From Desulfatiglandales bacterium (lineage in GTDB: Bacteria; Desulfobacterota; DSM-4660; Desulfatiglandales; HGW-15): DNA of 64,000 nt. The notes beneath the pieces are model-generated. The model was not told where the DNA came from and did no database searches. It saw only the letters and a program-made list of their open reading frames with translations. The position numbers were made by a program, and so were the translations under genes. Location of the stretch: the NCBI GenBank assembly GCA_963667015.2, contig CAXXJJ010000001.1, positions 1,568,001-1,632,000 on the forward strand, given 5' to 3'. Below, in pieces: positions 21,413-33,480 of the stretch. Position 1 is the stretch's first letter. Each line of letters begins with the position of its first letter.

Positions 21413-22165
21413 TTAGTGTTCCTTTAATACTCTGTGTGGAGTCCCATGGGCAATTATGTCAACAGGGCACTGGTAAACGGATTCGAGGGTTTCCTTTGGA
21501 ATCTCTTTTGAATCATGGTAGAAGAGCTGGCAGTTAAGGCATGCTACCTTGTCAACATGTGAACTGATAACGCCGATATCATGGGTAACCAGGATAATGG
21601 TCATCCTTTGTTTCAGGCTGTTAAGCAGATCATAGATATCGGTTTTAAGCTTTGGGTCTATACTCGCGGTGGGCTCGTCCAGGAGCAGGAGTTTCGGCTC
21701 AGAGGCAAGTGCCCTTGCTATCATTACCCTTTGTCTTTCTCCACCTGAAAGGTTACCTGTTTTTCTGTTTTTCATGTCAGACATCTCAACAACTTCCAGC
21801 GCCCGGTCCACCAGGTCATAATCCTTTTTATTATGACTTTTGAAAAGACCTTTGTGACACAGCCGCCCCATCAAAACCGTGTCCTTCACGCTTATCGGAA
21901 AATCCCTTTCCACCTCCATCATCTGGGGAACATAACCGATCCGGTTTCTTGCCTTTTCCGGGGTTGTTCCTAGAACCTTTATTTCTCCATGTGAAGGTTT
22001 TACCAGCCCAAGGATTACCTTCAGGAGGGTGGTTTTACCTCCCCCGTTTGGCCCTATGATACCAATAAAATCACCATCGTATACTGTAAGGTTATGATCG
22101 TGAAGTGCAGTATTGCCGTCAAATTCTACGCTAATATTTTTAAGTGATACGATTTCAGTTTTCAT
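21413..22165 (-). CDS. znuC: Zn/Mn ABC transporter ATPase
   Basis: GPNGGGKT, GYVPQ, LSGGERQR, LLLDEP. Confidence 0.9.
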   Translation of the reverse strand: MKTEIVSLKNISVEFDGNTALHDHNLTVYDGDFIGIIGPNGGGKTTLLKVILGLVKPSHGEIKVLGTTPEKARNRIGYVPQMMEVERDFPISVKDTVLMGRLCHKGLFKSHNKKDYDLVDRALEVVEMSDMKNRKTGNLSGGERQRVMIARALASEPKLLLLDEPTASIDPKLKTDIYDLLNSLKQRMTIILVTHDIGVISSHVDKVACLNCQLFYHDSKEIPKETLESVYQCPVDIIAHGTPHRVLKEH

Positions 22166-23061
22166 TTTAGATTTTCCTGAAAAAGCTGTGCAGTTTTTTC
22201 AAGGTTGCTGATGTAATCCTCTGGCATGGGATCAATAAAAACAACCTTTCCGTTTATTTCCCTGGCAATCACATCGGCGCTTTTTTTGCTGAACTGGGGT
22301 GATGAAAAGATTACTTTTATATCATCTTTTATGGCTCTCTTTACCAGTTTCCCCAGCCTTTCGGGTGTGGGGTCTTTGCCTGAAAGCTCAACCGGAACCT
22401 GTTCAAGATTAAAATCCCTGGCAAAATATGCCCACGCAGGATGAAAGATAAAGAACTGTCTTTTTGAGATATCTTTAAGTGTTATGGAGATATTTTCTTT
22501 CAGCAGTCTCAATCTGTTTATAAGGGATGATGCATTTTGAAAATAATACTCCGAGCCTGCGGCATCTTTATCTGAAAGACTGTTCATGATATTTTCAGTA
22601 ATAATTACTGCATTTGCGGGGGAGAGCCAGATGTGCGGGTCCTTTATCCCGTGGTGACTGTGTCCATGCTCATCCCCTTTGATCTGCCCATGTTCCGGTT
22701 CTTCTTGGATATCCGAGGTGTTAATAAGTGTAATTCCTTTGGATGCATCACATACAGACATGTGCTTATTGAGGGCCTCTATTTTATTCATCCACATGAG
22801 CTCAAACTCTATGCCGGAACCGACCTTTACATACAGGTCTGACCTGCTCACTATCATCATCTGTCTTGGAGTCGGTTCATAGGTATGCGGGTTTCCTCCC
22901 GGAGGGATAAGCGTGGTGACATCCACACGATCTCCGCCGACATTTTCAATAAAATATGCCAGTGGTGCTATGGAGGTTGCAACCATTATTTTGTCTTTGC
23001 CATATGTATATGAGCTTATGAGCAGTAGAATAAAAATTATACCTAATACTTTTTTAAACAT
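22162..23061 (-). CDS. znuA: Zn ABC transporter substrate-binding protein
   Basis: NPHTYEP, His-rich loop, DPHIWLSP, HPAW. Confidence 0.9.
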   Translation of the reverse strand: MFKKVLGIIFILLLISSYTYGKDKIMVATSIAPLAYFIENVGGDRVDVTTLIPPGGNPHTYEPTPRQMMIVSRSDLYVKVGSGIEFELMWMNKIEALNKHMSVCDASKGITLINTSDIQEEPEHGQIKGDEHGHSHHGIKDPHIWLSPANAVIITENIMNSLSDKDAAGSEYYFQNASSLINRLRLLKENISITLKDISKRQFFIFHPAWAYFARDFNLEQVPVELSGKDPTPERLGKLVKRAIKDDIKVIFSSPQFSKKSADVIAREINGKVVFIDPMPEDYISNLEKTAQLFQENLK

Positions 23062-23142
23062 TCTTTATATCCTTAATAGTGTCTAAATTAAAAAAGCTGA
23101 AAGCTGCCAGCTTCCACCCAAAAACAGTTTTTATCGGATGGC

Positions 23143-23550
23143 CTATGAACAATTTTCACATATCCCGTTTACCTGCATGTAGTGACTTACTACTTGATAT
23201 CCCTTGATTTTCTTTTTGTGGGGTATAGCACACTCATTAATAACATCCACTTTACCGCATTTTATGCATACAATATGGTGATGGTGATGGTCCCTTTCCG
23301 AGTTGCACAGACCATAATGCTTTTTCCTGTCAAAGAACTGGAGGCGGGTCAGAATTCCGCATTCCACCATGCTTTCAAGGTTGCGGTAGATGCTGGGGAG
23401 ACCGCATTGCCTGAATTGATCCCTGAGACCTGCCCAGGTATCTTCGGGTGTCATATGAATGTTGTTATCAATAAACAGCTGTATTATGGCCCTGCGAAGG
23501 GGGGTTAGCTTTAATCCCCTGCTTTTAATTTTCTCCAGATAATGTTCCAT
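23143..23550 (-). CDS. zur: Fur-family regulator, probably Zur
   Basis: SIYRNL, HHHHHIVCIKCG, C-terminal CENC; heads the znu operon. Confidence 0.8.
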   Translation of the reverse strand: MEHYLEKIKSRGLKLTPLRRAIIQLFIDNNIHMTPEDTWAGLRDQFRQCGLPSIYRNLESMVECGILTRLQFFDRKKHYGLCNSERDHHHHHIVCIKCGKVDVINECAIPHKKKIKGYQVVSHYMQVNGICENCS

Positions 23551-23597
23551 CTGATTTTCCTGTTTTATTGTATTGTCTGGTATAAAATGACGATTTC

Positions 23598-23620
23598 TAA
23601 ATAGAAAATATTTTCATTTA
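23598..23620. promoter_or_regulatory. Putative Zur box
   Basis: 23-bp imperfect palindrome TAAATAGAAAATATTTTCATTTA 48 bp upstream of zur-znuACB, resembling TAAAT-N13-ATTTA Zur boxes. Confidence 0.65.
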
Positions 23621-23668
23621 GTATAGAGGGTTTTGGAATTTTGTCAATGGGATAAGAGGAAAGGTCTG

Positions 23669-24400
23669 TTAATATGGGGCTGTCCTCGCCAGAGTGAGAC
23701 CGACAACCCTTTCACACCCGGCTTTTTTTAATATCCTTGCACATTCATTTATGGTGTTTCCGGTTGTGGCCACATCATCAATCAGGATGACGCTCCTCCC
23801 TTTGATATCTCGCTCTCCCCTAACCTCAAATGCACCCTTTACATTTTTCCTCCGCTCTTCAAGGCTTAATCCTGCCTGGGACGCTGTATATCTTGTTCTG
23901 ATAAGCGTAAAAAAATCGGGTTCTATACCAAGTATGGGGCCGATTGTTTTTGCCAGAAGGGCGCTCTGATTAAACCCTCTCTGCCTGAGTTTTTTCCTGT
24001 GGAGAGGGACAGGCATAATAATCATACCATTACAGTCACTGATCCGGTCTCCTGCAAACTCACCAAGGAGTGGTCCGAGAGATTTAATAATATATGATTT
24101 GCCGGAATATTTAATAAGATGGATTGCATCCATGAGTGTTTGTTCGTAAAGGTAGGGTGCTTTTAATTCATCATAAAAAGGTCTTTTCCTAAGACATCTT
24201 TCACATAGATGATCCTCCTGGACCTTTGATTTAAAGGGTTCGCTGCAGATTGAACAGTATGGATGAGTTAATTTTTTAAATCCTGAAAGGCATTCATCAC
24301 ATATATCTCCCCTGCCCGCAGGATGGTCATCCAGAAAATCCGAACATATCCGGCATCTCGGTGGATAAATGATATCCAGAAGGTTTGAGAGAAGGCTCAT
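23669..24400 (-). CDS. comF: ComF-family double zinc ribbon/PRTase protein
   Basis: Four CxxC, PVPLH..K...RGFNQS, LIDDVATTG.T. Confidence 0.9.
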   Translation of the reverse strand: MSLLSNLLDIIYPPRCRICSDFLDDHPAGRGDICDECLSGFKKLTHPYCSICSEPFKSKVQEDHLCERCLRKRPFYDELKAPYLYEQTLMDAIHLIKYSGKSYIIKSLGPLLGEFAGDRISDCNGMIIMPVPLHRKKLRQRGFNQSALLAKTIGPILGIEPDFFTLIRTRYTASQAGLSLEERRKNVKGAFEVRGERDIKGRSVILIDDVATTGNTINECARILKKAGCERVVGLTLARTAPY

Positions 24401-24765
24401 TCCCTGCCCTGTTTTACAAACTCATCAAAGGTTGCATCAGGATTAATACCAGGGCAGGCATCCTTTGCCATGTCCCAGCTGTACTCATCGTTCATATTTG
24501 CATCATAAAAGGGCCAGAGATAGCAGATGTCGGGTTTTACAGTGTGGATAAGGCATTGTTTTTCTTTGTCAAAGAACACGCAAAAACCGTTTTCACCCGC
24601 TTCAAGCATGCGCTGGTTATTCCTTACTTCGGTGTATTTTGATTTGAATTCTTCCGGATCGATATTAAGAAATTGGGCTATCCTTTCTACCTCAACATCG
24701 GATACAATAATGCCGCCCTTTCCATAGCAGCATTGTCCGCACATTTTACAATCAAAAGCTTTCAT
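24397..24765 (-). CDS. YkgJ-family cysteine cluster protein
   Basis: CKMCGQCC, CVF...CLIH..KP.IC..WPF, CPG. Confidence 0.85.
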   Translation of the reverse strand: MKAFDCKMCGQCCYGKGGIIVSDVEVERIAQFLNIDPEEFKSKYTEVRNNQRMLEAGENGFCVFFDKEKQCLIHTVKPDICYLWPFYDANMNDEYSWDMAKDACPGINPDATFDEFVKQGRE

Positions 24766-27683
24766 TATCTCATTTTCTCCAGGTCCCAGTCTGTTTTTAC
24801 CATTGCCCGTTTATTATCTTTTTTAGACCGGTACATAAGGTGTCCCTTTTCAAGTCCATGATAGAAAAGATCTCTTGTTGCTGCCACATCCTGGGTGCAG
24901 TATTTAATAATGCTTTCCATATCTCCCTGCCTGAACCATTCCACTGCCTTTAAGCCATCTGCGGATTTACCGTGATTTAGCGTTTCCTTTGCCAGGTTAT
25001 CAAGTCCCAGCCTGAATCCCAGCCTCTTGTACACATCCTCAAGGATGTCGAATGTTGGAAGATCAAACAGGTTAATGTTTGTATATGCGCCAAGGACCTT
25101 ATAGTCAAATCCTTTTACATTGAAACCAACTATCAGATCTGCCTCTTTAAACCTGTTAACCATTTCGTTAATGTTATCTTCCGTGAATGTGAAAAACTTT
25201 TTTTCGATGCTATCATATATTACTGCAACCGATATTCGCATGAGGTGGCAGTTATTCCAGCCTCCTACCTCCTGGGCCAGCTTCTGGGTTTCAAGATCGA
25301 AAAAGAAGATTCTGGGTTTTGATTCTTCCTGTTGCGTATGCTCCTCTGTAGAGGTTTTCATTTTATCTTTACCTTTTTCTTCAGGTTTATAAAAACTGTC
25401 CACCGGGATATCTCCCAGCAGGTATTCAAGTATTGCAATGGCGGATTTCTTGTCAAGGGGGTTGTTGCCTGAACCGCACTTTGGGGAGTGTATACAGGAG
25501 GGACATCCGTCCTCACATTCACATGTACTTATGTGTTCGAGGGCTTTTCTCAGGAGCTCGGATATAATATCAAAGCCCCTCCTGGCAAGACCGACTCCCC
25601 CGGGATGGCCGTCATATATAAAAATTGCGGTTTTCCCTATCTGCGGATGTATGGGATAACAGATGCCCCCTATGTCATTTCTGTCGCAAAGCGCAAAGAG
25701 GGGAAATATACCGATCGCCCCGTGTTCAATGGCATGAATTCCTCCCATGAGCTGAAGGTTGTTTTTTTCAATCAGTACATCTATAACAGGGTCTATCTCG
25801 ATCCAGAATCCATGCGTCTCAAAGGTCTGTTCAGGCAGATCAAGGGGAAAGACTCCCATGAGTTCCTGACCCGGGAGTACGCGTTTCTCATACTCTGTTA
25901 CGCGCTCAGTGACCCTTATAATCCCCTCCTTTACTACAAACTGACCTTCAGGCTTGCTCCTTTTTATCTCTATTATCTCGGTCTCCTTGTCAGAGTGGAC
26001 CCTTGTAAAGTAATTGAGATCTGTACCCTTGACTATTATATCCCTGTATTCTGTGTCTATTGACTCAACCACATACTGCCTGGACATATGAAGATAGATT
26101 GCGCCTGGGTGACATTCCTTAAAGGCCCTCATGCCGTCAATTGTTCCTATTGCCGCACCGGTTGTACTGTCAAATATGGTGTAGCTGTCACCCACGGATC
26201 GAATATTTACGCTGTTCTGTGGACGGGGTCTTATAGAACGCCATGCAGGCGGTTCATCAGAAGACCGGGTAAGCATATTTTTGATCTCAAGATGTTCGAT
26301 GTGCTCCTTAAGGTTATTGGACCAGAACTGGTTATCCTCTTCCTTTAAGGGGAACTCATCCGCCGCGCATGGAAGGTGCGACCTGATCACATATTCATTG
26401 TCAGGATCAAGGATTGCTGCCTCATATGACCTGCCGAAGAGTGCATCAGGATGCTTTACAAAATACTGATCAAGCGCATCAGGTTTTGCCACCATTATAA
26501 TCATTGATTCCCTGCCCGATCTTCCCACCCTTCCTCCCCTTTGCCAGGTATTTATAACTGTGCCTGGGTATCCCACAAGGATACATATGTCCAGGTATCC
26601 GATGTCTATGCCCAGCTCAAGTGCGCTTGTAGACACAACACCCAGGAGATCGCCTGTGGCAAGGCGTTTTTCTATATTCCGCCTTTCTTCCGGCATAAAA
26701 CCCGCCCTGTAGGAGCTAACCTTTCGCCTCAAATCCGGTGAAAGCCGGGATGTCCATATGTGAATAAGTTCCGCAACCTGCCGTGACTGTGTGAATACAA
26801 TGGTCCTGTAACCTGACTGGATACAGTAGCTAAAAAGCCTTGCTGCCGAAAAATTGGAGCTGGCATCAGGATTGAGGAACATAAAATACTGATCTGCCCT
26901 GGGTGAACCGCTGGAGTCGATAACACTGACTCTATCATCAATAAGAAGATTTCCGAAACTGCCCGGATTATTTATCGTAGCAGAGAGCAGGATAAACCTT
27001 GGGGCAGCACCGTAGCGCCGGCAAATCCGCTTGAGCCTCTTTATAATCTGATTCATGTGTGAACCGAATATCCCCCTGTATGTATGAACCTCATCGATTA
27101 CAACATATTCAAGATCCTGAAAGAGCTGCTGCCATTTCTCGTGGTATGGTAAAATGCCCATATGAAGCATGTCAGGGTTTGTAAAAAGGATGTCAGGTAT
27201 CTTTGAGCGGATCTTTTGCCGTTTGTACTGGCTGGTATCCCCGTCATATATGTCTGCGGTTATTTTTCTGGATTTGATGTTTTTAAGGTAAAAAGCCAGT
27301 GCTTTTAACTGATCCTGTTCAAGGGCCTTTAAGGGAAAAATATAGAGTGATTTGCACTCTTTTCCCTGTATAAGTTTTTCAAGGATGGAAAGGTTGTAAA
27401 TGAGGCTCTTCCCGCTGGCTGTTGGTGTGGCAATGATAACATTTTCATTCTTTCTTATTTTTTCAATGGCCTCTTTCTGATGGCTGTAGAGTCTTTCAAT
27501 GCTGTTGTTGTGAAGGATACAGGCTAATTCCTCCGGGAGATAAAGATCATCACCATAATCGGCCTCAACAGCAGGGATATGTTTAAGGTGCACAAATGAA
27601 GGGCCAAAATCAGGATGTTTCCTTATTTTGTATATGAAATCTGATAGATCAGTTTTATTTTTATAGCTGGCTTTATTGTTCAT
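24765..27683 (-). CDS. DEAH-box helicase with DUF1998 (MrfA/SftH/Hrq1-like) fused to a C-terminal RNase H-like DEDD exonuclease (MrfB/YprB-like)
   Basis: TPTASGKS, DEVH, SAT, QRGGRVGR, CECEDGCPSC; C-terminal FDLETQ..GFN..GFD..YC.QDV. Confidence 0.85.
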   Translation of the reverse strand: MNNKASYKNKTDLSDFIYKIRKHPDFGPSFVHLKHIPAVEADYGDDLYLPEELACILHNNSIERLYSHQKEAIEKIRKNENVIIATPTASGKSLIYNLSILEKLIQGKECKSLYIFPLKALEQDQLKALAFYLKNIKSRKITADIYDGDTSQYKRQKIRSKIPDILFTNPDMLHMGILPYHEKWQQLFQDLEYVVIDEVHTYRGIFGSHMNQIIKRLKRICRRYGAAPRFILLSATINNPGSFGNLLIDDRVSVIDSSGSPRADQYFMFLNPDASSNFSAARLFSYCIQSGYRTIVFTQSRQVAELIHIWTSRLSPDLRRKVSSYRAGFMPEERRNIEKRLATGDLLGVVSTSALELGIDIGYLDICILVGYPGTVINTWQRGGRVGRSGRESMIIMVAKPDALDQYFVKHPDALFGRSYEAAILDPDNEYVIRSHLPCAADEFPLKEEDNQFWSNNLKEHIEHLEIKNMLTRSSDEPPAWRSIRPRPQNSVNIRSVGDSYTIFDSTTGAAIGTIDGMRAFKECHPGAIYLHMSRQYVVESIDTEYRDIIVKGTDLNYFTRVHSDKETEIIEIKRSKPEGQFVVKEGIIRVTERVTEYEKRVLPGQELMGVFPLDLPEQTFETHGFWIEIDPVIDVLIEKNNLQLMGGIHAIEHGAIGIFPLFALCDRNDIGGICYPIHPQIGKTAIFIYDGHPGGVGLARRGFDIISELLRKALEHISTCECEDGCPSCIHSPKCGSGNNPLDKKSAIAILEYLLGDIPVDSFYKPEEKGKDKMKTSTEEHTQQEESKPRIFFFDLETQKLAQEVGGWNNCHLMRISVAVIYDSIEKKFFTFTEDNINEMVNRFKEADLIVGFNVKGFDYKVLGAYTNINLFDLPTFDILEDVYKRLGFRLGLDNLAKETLNHGKSADGLKAVEWFRQGDMESIIKYCTQDVAATRDLFYHGLEKGHLMYRSKKDNKRAMVKTDWDLEKMR

Positions 27684-28150
27684 CTATTTGTGCTTTAAAA
27701 TGGTCAAAAATATTTCATGAATATACCAGTATTATTTCTATTCGATCAAGACATTGTATCAATTTCATACTTACCTCCTGCGGAGATAACAGGCTATTTT
27801 CATTATAGAGAGAACTGATAAAATGCTAAAAATTGGCTGTGTTTTGCAGACTGTAAATAAGTATTGTGTTATTTTAATTGTAATACCAAATAGTTAAATA
27901 TGTTTTAAATTGTTGCCGAATAACAATGACATTTCTTATAAATTTTGATAATTTTCAAGCAATTATACCCGAAATCCATTCAATAGATTTTTGGGTTAAA
28001 ATTCGCCTTTTCCAATACAAAATAATTCCTATTAATGAATCGGACAGGACATAAAGTGAAATGTACTTTATTCACTCTTAAGTCGATTTTTTTTGCACAG
28101 ATTATTCAACTTAATGAAGCCAACCTGAATCTGAAAGGAATCTACTGAAC

Positions 28151-31100
28151 ATGGATAAAAAATTTGCATATCTGCTGTCTTTAGCTCTCCTCATCATAAT
28201 TATGTTTTTACCCTCTCGATTTTCAAAAGATACCTTAACGGATAATCCAAAATTAAACATCAGAAAAAGAATAAGCAAAATAATTCTGGATAAACCAAAA
28301 CCTGAGAAGGGAAAAAAAACTTTCCGTCCAGTCAGTGATATTCCCAAAAAAGAGGACCAAACCGGAAAGGTAATCACAAGCTCGCTACAAAAAGAGATCG
28401 ATGAATATATAAATCTTGGTAAAAAAGATATCAGAATCGTTCTTAATACAGCAGATGATACTGGCGATCTTGCAGACAGGATTGAGAGTTATGGGGGGCA
28501 GATATTAAGAAAACGTCCAAATTTTGTAGCTCTCGAAATCCCTGTGGATAAAGTCAATCAATTGATCAGGGAAAGCAGTTCCATTGAATATGCAAGGCTT
28601 CCTTTCAAATTCTTTCCTTCAGGAGAAGTAACAGAGGGCGTAGCATTAACAGGTGCCAGTATTTTTCATGACACAATCTATAAAGGTGCAGGCGTAAAGG
28701 TCGCGGTTCTGGATGTCGGATTCAAAGGCTTGACTGAAGCTATTGCTGCCGGAGAGCTGCCTGCTGACGTAATAACCCATGATTTTTCAAGTAACGGGCT
28801 TGAAACCGAATATTATCATGGTACAGCCTGCGCAGAGATAGTCCATGATATGGCACCTGATGCCGAGCTCCACCTGCTCAAAATGGGAGATGAAATAGCA
28901 GGATATGAGGTCATTGATTACTGTATTAAAAATGATATTGATATAGTCAGCCTCTCAATTGGAACTTTTGGTTCGGGGCCGGGTGACGGCACAGGTCCCC
29001 TGGATGAGGCGTTTGATGAGCTAAGGGATGCAGGGATACTTGTTGTTGCTTCTGCAGGTAATTATGGAAATTCATCTTATGAAATAGAAGGAGTAACGCT
29101 AACATTTGGCTCACACTGGGAAGGAACCTTTGCAGACAATGACGGAGACACCTATCATGAATATAATAGCTATTATGTTAACAGTTATTATAATGTGATA
29201 GGTGCCTATCCTTCCTGGAATGATGACAATGAGCCAAGAACATCTGAAGTATCAATATTGATGAGATGGAATGACTGGCCGGTTTCAAATATCGATTACG
29301 ATATGTATCTTTATGAATATGACTATGAGACTCAGGAAATAGGAGAGCTTGTAGCATCTTCCGAAACATATCAGACCGGAACCCAACCCCCTGTAGAATA
29401 TATATCTATGGATATTCCTGATGATGCAACCGATGGCCGTTTTTTTGCACTTATGGTTACAAGACTTGACTCAGGAACTCCTACAGGTACTGATTTTGAA
29501 ATATATCTTGGTGGAACAAGTGAATTTTATCCATTCAGGGATATTTCCGAAGTTTTCCATTCTTCTGCTCTTGCCACATCAGAAAGCTCAATTGCTGAAC
29601 CGGCTGATGCGGAAAGCGTTCTTGCCGTCGGTGCAATTGATTATATGAACTGGACAACAGGCCCCCAGGAAGAGTTCAGTTCTCAGGGCCCTACAAATGA
29701 CTGGAACGGGAGCACAGAAAGAATAAAACCTGACATTATGGGGCCAGATCGTGTAACGACTTATACATATGGCGATTCAGCTTTTCCAGGGACATCAGCG
29801 GCAGCTCCACATGTGGCTGGAATAGCAGCTCTTCTGCTATCCAAAGATACTGGAATGTCACCTGAGGAATTGCAGGTTATCATAGAAGTTGATGCAATTG
29901 ATATTAATTCAAATGGTAAAAATAATATCTACGGATGGGGCAAAATAAATGCGGTGCTTCAGAGATTTGTAGAGTCTTATATAAAAATAAGTGGAACCGA
30001 AGGTAATTTTACGGGATTATTGGATTATTCGGACGGTTTTGGGAGTTCAATTGCTTCCATAGGTGACTTGAATGGAGACGCGATTGAAGATCTTGCAGTA
30101 GGGGCATCCGGAGATGATGATGGGGTATATGGTGGAGGCGCTTTGTGGATATTATTTTTAAATTCTGACGGGTCTGTAAAGTCTCATCAAAAGATAAGCG
30201 CCACCGAAGGATATTTTACAGGAATTTTAAATCAAAGTGATCACTTCGGAAAATCGTTAACCAGTATAGGGGATCTTGATGGTGATGGCATTACAGATTT
30301 AGCTGCTGGAATAACAGGGACTGACAATAGCCTGTGGGCTCCCGGCGCGATATGGATTTTATTCATGAACTCTGATGGGACTGTCAAATCCAATCAAAGA
30401 TAAGTTCCACCGAAGGACAATTTACCGGTATGCTTGAAAGCGCAGATTTTTTTGGGAGTTCAATTACTTCTCTTGGTGACTTTGATGGAGACGGTGTTCC
30501 GGATTTAGCTGTGGGTGCACCAGGTGATAAGACAGGTGATGATAAAAGTGCAGTATGGATACTTTTTATGAATCCTGATGGGACAGTTAAATCACATCAG
30601 AAAATAAGTGCTATTGAAGGGAATTTTTCAGGAGACATAGGAGATAACAGTAAATTTGGTGGAGCAGTAGTTTCTTTGGGTGATCTTAATGGAGACGGCA
30701 TTACAGATTTGGCAGTAGGAGCGTATGACGATTATAATGATGGTGATTCTGATACCGGTTCTGTCTGGATATTATTTCTGAATTCAGATGGGACAGTTAA
30801 CTCACATCAGAAAATAAGTAATACTGATGGATATTTTTCAGGTACTATTAATGCATACGAAAATTTTGGTTCATCATTAACCACTGTAGGAGACCTTAAT
30901 GGTGATGGCACTATCGATTTAGCAGTAGGGGCAAGGAATGACAAGGAAGGGAGCATTAAAAAAGGCGCAGTATGGATACTGCTTTTAAATACTAACGGTA
31001 CAGTTAAATTTCAACAAGAGATAAATTCCACCGAAGGAAATTTTACCGGCGACCTCGATAAGGATGATCTCTTTGGCATTTCTGTTGATTATCTTGGCGA

Positions 31101-33480
31101 TTTTGATGGAGACGGCATTGAAGAACTTGCGGTAGGGGCAAGTGGAGATGATGATGTTGGTAGCAGTCAAGGTGCAGTATGGATACTTTCTCTAGATCCG
31201 AATGCTATTGATACTGATCGTGATGGGATTTCCGATAAATGGGAAAATTATTATGGACTTAACTCCAATATAAATGATTCTTTTGCTGATTTGGATAGCG
31301 ATGGCCTCACTAATATCAATGAATACAAAATCGGAACCTACCCAAATAATTTTGATTCGGATAACGATGGCATGCCCGATGGCTGGGAAGTTCAATATGA
31401 CCTGAATCCTCTGGTCAATGATGCCGGCAGGGATCTTGATAATGATGGTCTTTCTAATTTAAAAGAATACCAGGCCCAAACCGATCCTGTCTTGAAAGAT
31501 ACTGATTCTGATGGGATGTCGGATTGGTTTGAGATTACTTATTTTGGTGACACTGCCAGGGATGGTTCCGAAGACTATGACGGTGACGGATTAACCGATT
31601 TTAAGGAGTATCAGTTTGGAACTGATCCGACAAAACAAGACACAGATGGTGATGGTGACAACGATTACGCTGAGTACGCTGAAATCCATAGACCTGCTAT
31701 ACCGGTTATTAATACACAGACAACAGATGTATCGCTGCGTTATCATGAATTCAGGGTAACTGAATATAGTGATCCGGATGGAGATTCCCTGTTTTCCAGT
31801 GAATGGCAGATCAGTACTGACGCGGATTTTACTGATACCGAAATTGTCCTGAATAAAACATTGGAAATGGGTAGCGGCATTATTAACGAAGAAAGCGATA
31901 TCCTGCTCTTTACAATGAGTGAATCCATATTTTTACCGGATCATGAATATTGGATTCGTGTAAAACTGACAGATCGTACAGGTCTTGATTCTTCATGGTC
32001 AGATATTGTCGCCTTCACAACAGAAACCGAAGATCCTGACGATACAGACTGTAACGGCATAGATGATTTTTTTCAGGTTGAAGGCGAGACTGACACTAAT
32101 AATAACGGCACTAATGACAGCGAAGAAAACATTTTTGCAATTGAAGATGCCGAACAAGGCCGGACAATAGGAGTGGATGCCGGAGGTGCAGCTATTAGTG
32201 GTCTTACATCCTTATCAAAGAACGATATTCCCGAAGAAGTTCGCCCAGGTGATCCCATGCCATACGGCCTTTTCAGCTTCAGGATTGATAATCTTTCCCC
32301 TGGCGCCAAAGTTGATATAGATTTTTATTTCCCTGTTGAACTTCCACTGGATACCAAATGGTATAAATATGATTCTACCAGTGGTGTCCTGAATGATTAT
32401 ACAGACAATATAGCTATAGATGAAAACAAAGTTATGCTGACTATTACTGATGGTGATTATGGGGATGAAGATGGAATTGTGAACGGAATCATAATCGATC
32501 CAAGCGGACCGGCTTTTACAACAGGGATTGTTCCTGCTCCAAACTTCTCTCTTTCTTCAGGGACATACTCATCCAGCCAGAGTGTATCCATTTCGTGTTC
32601 TACATCTGATGCAGTTATTCATTACACGACTAACGGAGATGAGCCGACCGAGAATTCCAGTGTCTATTCCTCCGCTATAACTGTTTCAAGCTCAACGACT
32701 ATAAAGGCAAAAGCGTTTAAGACTGGATGGGATTCAAGTGTAACCTCAACCGAGATCTACACAATTACTGGCACTGTTGCCACACCTGTCTTTTCCCCAT
32801 CGGCAGGTACATATAAATCGAGCCTGAGCGTTACATTGTCATGCACAACATCCGGGGCAACGATCCGATACACAACAAATGGTACAAATCCAACCGAGAT
32901 CTCTACCGCATATTCATCAGCCATAGCAGTCTCTAAAACAACAACGATAAAGGCAAAGGCTTTTAAAGCTGATTGGAATTCCAGCGAGACCACGACCGGG
33001 ATATACACAATTAACTCTGATGAAGTTGAAGATAATGGCGGAGGCGGAGGAGGTGGAGGCAGTGGTATATTCGGTAATATCAGCATGAATGATGTAATAG
33101 GATACCATTTTGACTGGATCAACAAAGATGGAACTGCAGTGTATATGCCTGTCACCAAACCATTTAAGGCATTAAAAGGTGCTCAAACCTACGTCGAAGG
33201 ATTTGCTCCTTGGTTAGCGGACTTTATCAGATGCAGCTTTGATGCGTTTGAAAGAAAGGCAAAAAAGAATCCGGATGGATTATTATCGAAAATCGGGACA
33301 CACTTGTTTCCTGCCTTGGGTAAAATAGCCGAATTCTATCTGGGTATGTTTGGTGAAGAAGAACTTATGAAAGATGCTTATATAAAAACAACAATTAGTA
33401 TAAAGGACTTCAATAAATTACACAGGGACGGAAAAGCAATTTCTTCACATATTGTAAAAAAGCCCGAGGTCTGCCCTTAA
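28151..33480 (+). pseudogene. Giant secreted S8 peptidase / FG-GAP / Ca-binding repeat / choice-of-anchor-U-like / FN3-associated surface protein, split by a 1-nt frameshift near 30396
   Basis: S8 triad (LDVG, HGTAC, GTSAAAPHVAG); six FG-GAP repeats span both ORFs; repeat copy reads caaagataag where a sibling repeat has caaaagataag; adding one A gives about 1776 aa. Confidence 0.75.

Noticed and set aside
30385..30432. Programmed ribosomal frameshift
   Set aside because: No X XXY YYZ slippery heptamer or obvious stimulator; sibling repeats show a simple 1-nt deletion
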